A stretch of 63,107 bases of DNA, taken from a virus (taxonomy: Duplodnaviria; Caudoviricetes). The notes under the pieces are model-generated. The model had not been told where the DNA came from and did no database searches. It saw nothing but the letters and a program-made list of their open reading frames with translations. The position numbers and the translations under genes are program-made. Below, one piece after another: positions 7,936 to 15,650 of the stretch (positions are counted from its first letter, which is position 1; every line of letters begins with the position of its first letter). The stretch spans positions 1-63,107 of the IMG/VR virus record IMGVR_UViG_3300030104_000829; one strand, written 5' to 3'.

Positions 7936-8394
7936 ATGACTAAATTTAGAGACGGCTTCATGATGAAGTCACCACTACCTGCTCATGGCAAGTTAGAAAA
8001 AAAGCTTAAAAAAGCTAAAGCTGGAAAAATAGGATCTGAGCAAGGAGATAAAGATTATGAATTAATAGCTGATTTAGAAAGTCAAATAAAAGAAGCAAAA
8101 GCTAAACATCGACCTATGCGTAGAGAGGATGATACTCTAGCAAAAGAAGACGAAGACGCTGCTAGAGGCTCTGCGGCAGAAATGCACACACCGCTTCATA
8201 ACTATGGTGGATATAGAGGTGGCGCTGATATAGGTCAGTATGAACCAACTGCTGATTTATATCAAAAGCTGTTTGATAAAATAGAATCATCTACAACAGA
8301 GTATCATGACAGAAGAGATGGAACTGGTGCCTACGCTCCCGATTCAGATAAAGAAGACGATAAAGAAGACGATAAAAAGAATAAAAATCAATAA
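7936..8394 (+). CDS. charged low-complexity protein
   Basis: 152 aa; KSPL, GSAAEMHTPL. Confidence 0.6.
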   Translation: MTKFRDGFMMKSPLPAHGKLEKKLKKAKAGKIGSEQGDKDYELIADLESQIKEAKAKHRPMRREDDTLAKEDEDAARGSAAEMHTPLHNYGGYRGGADIGQYEPTADLYQKLFDKIESSTTEYHDRRDGTGAYAPDSDKEDDKEDDKKNKNQ

Positions 8395-8396
8395 AA

Positions 8397-8747
8397 ATGG
8401 GACACAAAGGACATTGGGGTGAATATACTGGTAACGCAAAATGGTCAAGAGACCATGCCCACACAAGAGTTACAGCTAGTAATTATAAAGCAACTGAAAG
8501 AGATGACGCTGCTCATATAGATTATTTAAAGCGTGATGTATTATATGATGATCATCACGGACACAGCGACGAGAAAATGACTGCTGATGAGAAACATATT
8601 TCAAAATTAGCAGGCGACATGAAATATGATAAAGAACATCATAGTTCACCAGCTAAAAAACACTTCAAACCTCAAGATATAAATAAAAATGGAGAGATTG
8701 AAGACTGGGAAATAGGAAAAGCTAAAGCAATGAATAAACATAAATAA
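8397..8747 (+). CDS. His/Asp-rich protein with EF-hand-like loop
   Basis: DINKNGEIEDWE; SSPAKKH. Confidence 0.6.
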   Translation: MGHKGHWGEYTGNAKWSRDHAHTRVTASNYKATERDDAAHIDYLKRDVLYDDHHGHSDEKMTADEKHISKLAGDMKYDKEHHSSPAKKHFKPQDINKNGEIEDWEIGKAKAMNKHK

Positions 8748-8758
8748 AAACTAATATT

Positions 8759-9202
8759 ATGCCTGGAAAATTTGGATACGGCCCTGACGCCGGAAAAAAA
8801 GGAGCACTAAAAATGAAATATGGAACTGTTCTTGAAATGGGTCACAGCCCAGCAGAAATGGGACATAACTCACCAGCTAAAAACCATCATTATGGTAAAA
8901 GAAAAGGAGAGTCAGTAAAACAAGAAAAGTATAATTTAGAACACGATAATCCAGTAGCAAAGCACGCTAGTTGGATGTCTAAATTTGCAGGTAACTCTAG
9001 AATGAGTCCTATGAATATGGATCATGGTTCACCAGCTAAAAACTTAGGTCATGGTATGGATGATATGAGTCCAGAAAAAGGTGCTCATAGAAAATACCAC
9101 TTAAAGCAGAGAATGTCTAAAAAATCTAAAGAGTCAGTAGGTTCTAAAGATTCAATGGCTGAAATGAAGTATCCTTCACCAGCTGGAAAGCACTGCATGT
9201 AA
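8759..9202 (+). CDS. Met/His-rich repeat protein
   Basis: repeated SPAEM/SPAKN/SPMNM/SPAGK. Confidence 0.65.
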   Translation: MPGKFGYGPDAGKKGALKMKYGTVLEMGHSPAEMGHNSPAKNHHYGKRKGESVKQEKYNLEHDNPVAKHASWMSKFAGNSRMSPMNMDHGSPAKNLGHGMDDMSPEKGAHRKYHLKQRMSKKSKESVGSKDSMAEMKYPSPAGKHCM

Positions 9203-9275
9203 AATAAAACAGTAGAGAACTGTATAAAACTCAAAACAACCAATTACACAATTACACAATTTAAAACTAAAAATT

Positions 9276-9677
9276 ATGGCACAATGGATTAATTTTCCTG
9301 TAGTAGGAGGACATGATGGAAGTACAGCTGTTGCAGCTGAAGACGGAGACAACTTGTTGTTGGCTTCAAGTATCGTAGCTGTATCTGTAGCAGAAACTGC
9401 AAACAGAATGACTGCTACTTTAACATTACGCGCACCTACTGCAGCTACAGATGTATGTACTGTATTATGTAGTACAGATGCTGCTGCAACTGACCCTGAC
9501 ACGGCAAGATGTGATGCCGCTGGTTATGAAGCGCAATTAAAAGCAGCTATTAACAGAGCTATCACAGCTAACCCAGGTGGAGTAAAATCTACAGTAGGAG
9601 CACCTCAAAATGCTGTTGCTGGAGCTAAATATGACTCTGCAAATAAAGTTTATTTTAAATCATTTAAAATAGGTTAA
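9276..9677 (+). CDS. putative virion structural protein
   Basis: 133 aa Ala/Thr-rich, T-ending high-expression codons. Confidence 0.6.
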   Translation: MAQWINFPVVGGHDGSTAVAAEDGDNLLLASSIVAVSVAETANRMTATLTLRAPTAATDVCTVLCSTDAAATDPDTARCDAAGYEAQLKAAINRAITANPGGVKSTVGAPQNAVAGAKYDSANKVYFKSFKIG

Positions 9678-9679
9678 TA

Positions 9680-9835
9680 ATGAAATCAACAGGTTTAGGA
9701 GACAGCGTAGAAAAGTTTACTAAAGCTACTGGTATCAAAAAAATGGTAGACACAATGAGCAAGGGACTAAACATCCCTTGCGGTTGTGAAGCCAGAAAAG
9801 GTGCATTAAACAAAATGTTTCCTTATAAACAATAA
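9680..9835 (+). CDS. small protein with GLGD...CGC motif (51 aa)
   Basis: MKSTGLGDSVEKFTKATGIKK...PCGCEARKGALN; fills the gap exactly. Confidence 0.7.
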   Translation: MKSTGLGDSVEKFTKATGIKKMVDTMSKGLNIPCGCEARKGALNKMFPYKQ

Positions 9836-9837
9836 CT

Positions 9838-10146
9838 ATGGCTTTTAAACTTAACAATCCTCCGTATAAAATAGACAACACTCCAGTGTATCACGTAGAT
9901 ATGGAAGACGGGGTTATGGGTAAGGCCAATAATAATTTAACAATTATTATAAATAAAGATGTATGTCCTTCTAGAACTCAAGACGTTATAGATCACGAAA
10001 TGGTTCATATAGATCAAATGAAACGTGGTGATTTAGATTATGACGATAAAAACGTTTACTGGAAAGGTAAAGTTTATCCAAGATCTAAAATGAACGAAGG
10101 AGCAAAAAATCTGCCTTGGGAAGACGAGGCTTATAAAAATGCCTAA
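9838..10146 (+). CDS. putative HExxH zinc metallopeptidase
   Basis: VIDHEMVH plus downstream PWEDEAY (third ligand Glu). Confidence 0.7.
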   Translation: MAFKLNNPPYKIDNTPVYHVDMEDGVMGKANNNLTIIINKDVCPSRTQDVIDHEMVHIDQMKRGDLDYDDKNVYWKGKVYPRSKMNEGAKNLPWEDEAYKNA

Positions 10147-10597
10147 AAAGAAATTTAAAGATACTAAAGTCGGTCAGTTTTTAAGCAAAGCCGCACCAGG
10201 TATATTAGGAACTGTTAGTGATGTATTACCAGATCAAGGTTTATTAGGTGTAGTAAAAAACCTAATACAAAAAGAAGATCCAGTAGTATTACCACCAGAA
10301 GATAAAGAAAAAGCTCTAAAACTATTAGAGCAAGATATGGTAGAAATGCAAGAAATATCGAAACGTTGGGATAGTGATATGAAGTCTGATTCATGGCTTT
10401 CAAAAAACACACGCCCAATGACATTGATATTTTTAACTGTTTCTATGATTTTTTTAATAATATTAGATAGTTTTGAAATAGATTTTAGCGTAGACTCAGG
10501 TTGGGTTGATCTTTTAAAATCACTATTAATTACTGTGTACGTAGCATATTTTGGTTCACGAGGCGCAGAAAAGTTTAAATCAATAAGTAATAAATAA
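10139..10597 (+). CDS. holin-like protein (GTA 3TM holin type)
   Basis: RW..DM..DSWLSKNTRP, two TM helices, AYFGSRG.EK. Confidence 0.7.
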   Translation: MPKKKFKDTKVGQFLSKAAPGILGTVSDVLPDQGLLGVVKNLIQKEDPVVLPPEDKEKALKLLEQDMVEMQEISKRWDSDMKSDSWLSKNTRPMTLIFLTVSMIFLIILDSFEIDFSVDSGWVDLLKSLLITVYVAYFGSRGAEKFKSISNK

Positions 10598-10602
10598 AAC
10601 AA

Positions 10603-11118
10603 ATGGCAAGTAATCAACCAACACAAGCATTAAAAGTAATACCAAGTGATGTTATTAATATACCAGAACCAGATGCTTATATAATAGGAAATAATAGCGC
10701 GGGGGCAGGTACAACTATAACAGATGCTTTTGCTAATTTTTTAGGAGTATCAAATCCAGGTAACACAGGATATTCTAATAAAGTAGCTATAGGAGATGTA
10801 GTATATCACGAAGCAGCAGGACCAGTTTTTACTTTATTAACGGTAGTAAGTATAATAGATAATAATAATATACAAGTCTCTGCGTCTATAACTGGAGGTC
10901 GTTATCAAATATATAGAGATAATGGTGGGGATGGTTTTTTAAATCAAGAAGGATTTAGCTTATTTGTAGGTAAAACTGGTAATATATCAGTTATACCTGC
11001 GTCAAGTGGTCAAACAGTTGTACTAAAAAATATACCTGATTCTTCATTCATACCACTGCAAGTAAAAAGAGTTAACGCAACTAGCACTACAGCAACAGAC
11101 ATAATAGCATTAAGATAA
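10603..11118 (+). CDS. putative structural protein
   Basis: C-terminal FIPLQVKRV..T.TTA.DI.AL motif. Confidence 0.6.
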   Translation: MASNQPTQALKVIPSDVINIPEPDAYIIGNNSAGAGTTITDAFANFLGVSNPGNTGYSNKVAIGDVVYHEAAGPVFTLLTVVSIIDNNNIQVSASITGGRYQIYRDNGGDGFLNQEGFSLFVGKTGNISVIPASSGQTVVLKNIPDSSFIPLQVKRVNATSTTATDIIALR

Positions 11119-11119
11119 T

Positions 11120-11284
11120 ATGCCAACTATACTAGGTAACGCAAACGCTATACTAGCAGTCCCCTTAACTAAAGCAGGTGGTGGTGGTCCATCTCCTGTA
11201 ACGTTTTTTATACTTGCAGAAAACGGAGACAAGTGTATAACAGAAGTTGGCACTAATTTCATGGTACAAGAAATAGCACCTTAA
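11120..11284 (+). CDS. small protein (54 aa)
   Basis: MPTILGNANA...FILAENGDKCITE; fills intergenic gap. Confidence 0.55.
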   Translation: MPTILGNANAILAVPLTKAGGGGPSPVTFFILAENGDKCITEVGTNFMVQEIAP

Positions 11285-11301
11285 ATAAATAAAAATATAA
11301 A

Positions 11302-14016
11302 ATGGCAAATATAAAATTTTCGGCTTTTACAGTAGAAACAGATCCAACACAAATAGATGCTTTAGTAGGTTATCAAGGCACGACAATGAAGCAAATAGCA
11401 CCTAGTAATTTAAGTGCAGGACTACCTTTTCTATATAATTCTACAGCAGAGTCTTTATATGTATATAATATACCAAGCGGACAAACTAACACGGCGCAAG
11501 GAAATACAAGTCTTGGGTATTCAGCATTAAATTTAGTTACAGATGGAGACAGAAACACCGCTTTTGGTTATCGCGTTTTTGATAGTATAACTACTGGAAC
11601 AGATAATGCTGCTTTTGGTTATTACTGCGGTCAAGCTATTACTTCTGGTCAAGGCAATGTTTTAATGGGTAGAGATACCGGAATGTTTACTAGTACAACT
11701 TTCACTGGAAATATACTCTTAGGTTATAGAGCAGGATATCAAGCTCAAGGAAATTATAGCGTTTCTATAGGGTATGAAGCTGGTAAAGTTAATACAGCTT
11801 CAGGAACTATATCTATTGGTTACTATGCTGGTCTTTCTAATACTTCTGGTAATTACAACATAAATATAGGTTACCAAGCAGGTCAAAACAATACCACTGC
11901 GCAGGGTAGAACAATGGTTGGTAATGAAGCTGGAACGTATCAAACAGGTTCACAAAATACTGGAATTGGTAGATACGCTTGTAGGCAAGGTACTGGAATT
12001 CAGAATACAGCTTTAGGGCATTCAGCTATGGTTGGTAACGCGTTAGGTAGTAATGGTAACACAGTTGTAGGCTATAACGCTATGTCAAGTAATGGTACAA
12101 AAAATGATAATGTTATTTTTGGTAGAAACGCCGGAAGACTTATGACCTCAGGTAGTACTAATACTATTTTAGGCTCTGAAGCTGGAAACAATTTAACTAC
12201 TGGTTCAAATAACATACTTATTGGATATGATGTTGCTGCGAGCGCTGTAGGTGTTTCAAATGAAATAACTTTAGGTGATGCAAATATAACTGCGTTAAGA
12301 ATACCAGGATTACAATCAGGAGCTTCTGATGGTGATGTTTTAACATTTAGTTCAGGCACAGGTCTAATTACTTTACAATCCGGCGGTGGTGGTGGAGCTT
12401 CAAGTTTAAATGGTCTTTCTGATTGTTTAGTTGATACCGATTCTGTATATGTAGCAGAAGTACCTGCTGGATTATCTGGTAATCCACAAAGAAACACAGT
12501 ATTTGGTATAGATGCGGGTGGAGGCTTAACTACTGGTGAAAATAATACATTCATTGGTAACGATGCCGGTCTTGGCAACACTACTACAAGCGGTGTGGTT
12601 GCTATAGGTTGGGAATCAGCTTTAAGCACAAACTCAAATGCTAATAGTGTTTCTATAGGAGCAAGAGCAAATAGAGGCGGTGGAAGCAGTAATGGTGTTA
12701 TCATTGGTGCGAGCGCGGCTTACAACGGTGCGGCATCTAATGCAGTTGTTATAGGTCAAGCCGCTGGTAATTCAAGCTCTGGTAATGAAACTGTTTTAAT
12801 AGGGCAATTTGCTGGAGCTTTTGGCACAGCTGCTTCTAAACAAATAGCAATAGGTGCTGGTCAAGCAGGTAGAAGTAACACAGCAGATGACCACATGGAT
12901 GTAGGATATGCTGCTGGTTATTCAAATACATCAGGACAATATAACACAAACATAGGATTTAAAGCTGGTAATACAAACACTACTAGCAGTAGTAGAACTA
13001 TGCTTGGATATGAAGCTGGACTAAATAATACAGGTAGTAATAACGTGTTCTTGGGTAAAGCTACTGGTAAAGGCGCTGGTTCTGGTGCTCAAGTAATAGC
13101 TATTGGACAAGGTGTAATGGAAACGGCTAGTCAAATAGATAACTCTGTATTGATTGGAAATTATATGGCTGCTAACTGTACTTCAGGAGCGGGTTCAACT
13201 GTAGCTATTGGAGTAAACTGTTTATCTGTTTCAGGTTATAGTGGCGAAGGAAACACAGCGATAGGTCATCAAGCTGGAAATAATTTAACATCTGGAGATA
13301 ACAACGTTTTATTAGGTAAAAATGCTGGTGACGCAATAACAACAAGTCCAGACAATACTTTCGTTGGCTTTCAATCTGGAAGATTATATAATAATACAAG
13401 TGGAGATGGTAGAAATGTAGGAGTAGGTAGTACTTCTGCTGGAGCTTTAACAACTGGTATATATAATACTTTTTTAGGTTATGGAGCTGGAAATGGTGGT
13501 GGTGGTACGAGTGGCACAGTTACAACGGGTAATTTTAACACTATGGTTGGTTATCAAGCTAAAGGTAGCGCTACTGGAGCCGCTAATCAAAATAGTTTTG
13601 GGTATTCAGCTGCTTGTACTGGAAATAATCAAATAACGTTAGGTAATACCAGTATAGGAACTATTAGAGCTCAAGTAACAAGTATTACAGCTATATCTGA
13701 TGAAAGAGATAAAACAGATATTGAAACAATACCTTATGGATTAGATTTTGTTAATTCATTGCAGCCTAAAAAGTTTGTATGGGATAATAGAGCAGAAATT
13801 GACGGAGATGGTAATGAATTTTTTAGCGCTAATAAAGGTAAAAAAGATATTGGGTTTATAGCACAAGAACTACAAACTGTTGATGACGATTATTTAAATT
13901 TAGTATATGATGCTAATCCAGAAAAATTAGAAGCTACATACGGTAGATTAATACCTGTATTAGTACAAGCAATAAAAGATTTGTCAGCAAAAGTAACAGC
14001 ATTAGAAAACGCTTAA
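11302..14016 (+). CDS. tail fibre/spike with YadA-like repeats and C-terminal S74 intramolecular chaperone
   Basis: many N-x-x-x-G-Y-x-A-G repeats; SDERDK, GFIAQE, LIPVLVQAIKDL. Confidence 0.85.
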   Translation: MANIKFSAFTVETDPTQIDALVGYQGTTMKQIAPSNLSAGLPFLYNSTAESLYVYNIPSGQTNTAQGNTSLGYSALNLVTDGDRNTAFGYRVFDSITTGTDNAAFGYYCGQAITSGQGNVLMGRDTGMFTSTTFTGNILLGYRAGYQAQGNYSVSIGYEAGKVNTASGTISIGYYAGLSNTSGNYNINIGYQAGQNNTTAQGRTMVGNEAGTYQTGSQNTGIGRYACRQGTGIQNTALGHSAMVGNALGSNGNTVVGYNAMSSNGTKNDNVIFGRNAGRLMTSGSTNTILGSEAGNNLTTGSNNILIGYDVAASAVGVSNEITLGDANITALRIPGLQSGASDGDVLTFSSGTGLITLQSGGGGGASSLNGLSDCLVDTDSVYVAEVPAGLSGNPQRNTVFGIDAGGGLTTGENNTFIGNDAGLGNTTTSGVVAIGWESALSTNSNANSVSIGARANRGGGSSNGVIIGASAAYNGAASNAVVIGQAAGNSSSGNETVLIGQFAGAFGTAASKQIAIGAGQAGRSNTADDHMDVGYAAGYSNTSGQYNTNIGFKAGNTNTTSSSRTMLGYEAGLNNTGSNNVFLGKATGKGAGSGAQVIAIGQGVMETASQIDNSVLIGNYMAANCTSGAGSTVAIGVNCLSVSGYSGEGNTAIGHQAGNNLTSGDNNVLLGKNAGDAITTSPDNTFVGFQSGRLYNNTSGDGRNVGVGSTSAGALTTGIYNTFLGYGAGNGGGGTSGTVTTGNFNTMVGYQAKGSATGAANQNSFGYSAACTGNNQITLGNTSIGTIRAQVTSITAISDERDKTDIETIPYGLDFVNSLQPKKFVWDNRAEIDGDGNEFFSANKGKKDIGFIAQELQTVDDDYLNLVYDANPEKLEATYGRLIPVLVQAIKDLSAKVTALENA

Positions 14017-14034
14017 TAATAAAAATAATTAAAA

Positions 14035-14292
14035 ATGTATAAAAACGTAATAACATCAGAAAACACGCCAGACAGTCACAAAGCAGTTATAGTTAGTCAA
14101 GTAGATGGTCAATTGGCAGAAGCTGCGGATTCAGAAACTTCAGCAGAGCAGCTGCAGTGTCTTAAAGATCACTTTCTTTGGTTACTATCTAACGACTTTT
14201 ACAAAGACGAATGTAGTGCTGAGCAAGTAAGTGATATGGAATCATATTTACCTGCTGATTATGCAGATGGATATGAAGATTTACCTTCTTAG
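14035..14292 (+). CDS. hypothetical acidic protein
   Basis: 85-aa ORF after fibre gene. Confidence 0.6.
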   Translation: MYKNVITSENTPDSHKAVIVSQVDGQLAEAADSETSAEQLQCLKDHFLWLLSNDFYKDECSAEQVSDMESYLPADYADGYEDLPS

Positions 14293-14356
14293 TAGATTTG
14301 TTAAAACAGGTGTAACTATATAAATATAAAACAATTAAATTAAATCAAATAAAATT

Positions 14357-14608
14357 ATGAGTGAAGAAATTAAAAAAATTGAAGAAGTAGAACTTTCTAA
14401 AGTAACAGAGCAACAACAAAGATTATCAGAAGCTCTTGCTAACATTGGTGTATTAGATGTACAAAAATTAAGTCTACATACTAAGGTAAAAGAAATTAGT
14501 GATGAAATTGAAGCTACTAAAAAAGAATTAGAAGCTAAATATGGAAAAATTAATATTGACTTAAAAGACGGAAGTTATACAGATATAGAAAAAACTGATG
14601 GCGAGTAA
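14357..14608 (+). CDS. coiled-coil protein
   Basis: heptads, ELEAKYGKINIDLKDG. Confidence 0.65.
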   Translation: MSEEIKKIEEVELSKVTEQQQRLSEALANIGVLDVQKLSLHTKVKEISDEIEATKKELEAKYGKINIDLKDGSYTDIEKTDGE

Positions 14609-14825
14609 TATTAGGAAGATTAGTATTGGATCTGACTATAAAAACGATGCCATGCATTATTCTATAGGTCAACAAGTTTACGGTGGTCACGAAATATCAC
14701 ACATACTTTTTGAAGATTCAGATAATTCTTATAATATACATATAAAGAAAAACAACGAAGTATTGCCATGGAAAAAGTTTAATTCTCATATGGCTATATC
14801 AGTTGAGTATGATTTAGAGTATTAA
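14598..14825 (+). CDS. hypothetical protein
   Basis: 75-aa coupled ORF. Confidence 0.7.
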   Translation: MASNIRKISIGSDYKNDAMHYSIGQQVYGGHEISHILFEDSDNSYNIHIKKNNEVLPWKKFNSHMAISVEYDLEY

Positions 14826-15430
14826 TGAAAAGTTTATATGATTTTATCGTTGAACCATTAGGCGATAAATACAGTAATACTGTAAGTGTTGGTGATAAAA
14901 AACTAGTTGTAAATACTAAAATAGAAAATTGGAAATTTGTTAACAGAGTGGCTAGAGTTTTAGAGACCCCAGCCGCTTTTTCCACTCCTATAAAAAAAGG
15001 TGATATAGTAATTATACACCAAAATGTATTTAGAACTTTTTACGACATAAAAGGTGAAAAGAAAAAAAGCAGATCTTGGTTTAAAGATGATTTATATTTT
15101 TGCGCTGTAGATCAAATTTATTTATACAAAAACAATAATGGTTGGCACGCTATAAATGACAGATGCTTTGTAACACCTATAAAAAACACTGAAGATTTAA
15201 CGCTTAATAAAGAAGCAAGCCTTATTGGTATACTTAAATATGGTAACAAGTTCTTAGAAGCGCTTAATATTAACCCAGGTGATCTGATTGGTTTTACACC
15301 TAACAGTGAATGGGAATTTTTAGTCGATAATAAACGACTATATTGTATGAAATCAAATGATATTGTAATTAAGTATGAGTACCAAGGAAACGAAGAAGAA
15401 TATAATCCAAGCTGGGCGAGTAGCAGTTGA
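14825..15430 (+). CDS. tandem GroES-like co-chaperonin
   Basis: two units: FIVEP...IKKGDIVII and NDRCFVTP...INPGDLIGF...LYCMKSNDIV. Confidence 0.6.
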   Translation: MKSLYDFIVEPLGDKYSNTVSVGDKKLVVNTKIENWKFVNRVARVLETPAAFSTPIKKGDIVIIHQNVFRTFYDIKGEKKKSRSWFKDDLYFCAVDQIYLYKNNNGWHAINDRCFVTPIKNTEDLTLNKEASLIGILKYGNKFLEALNINPGDLIGFTPNSEWEFLVDNKRLYCMKSNDIVIKYEYQGNEEEYNPSWASSS

Positions 15431-15650
15431 AGAATTAATTAAGGTAGCTAAAGAACCTATTGTAGATTCAGATGACGATATATCTGCTGATAGATTAAAA
15501 AATGCAGCAGCAACAAAAAAATTAGCAATATTTGATGCTTTCGAAATATTAAATAGAATACAAGAAGAGCAAGATATGTTAGAAGATAAACCAAAAGAAG
15601 TTAAAAAGCAAAACACTTTTAAAGGCTTTGCAGAAGGAAGATCTAAGTAA
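15375..15650 (+). CDS. putative terminase small subunit
   Basis: helical 91-aa ORF coupled to terL (position only). Confidence 0.45.
   Translation: MSTKETKKNIIQAGRVAVEELIKVAKEPIVDSDDDISADRLKNAAATKKLAIFDAFEILNRIQEEQDMLEDKPKEVKKQNTFKGFAEGRSK

Noticed and set aside
12072-12704. 210-aa minus-strand ORF and similar antisense ORFs in groEL and the cargo gene
   Set aside because: Expected mirror frames of genes with biased codon usage
11302-14016. Diversity-generating retroelement target
   Set aside because: No reverse transcriptase and no adenine-specific TR/VR pair seen
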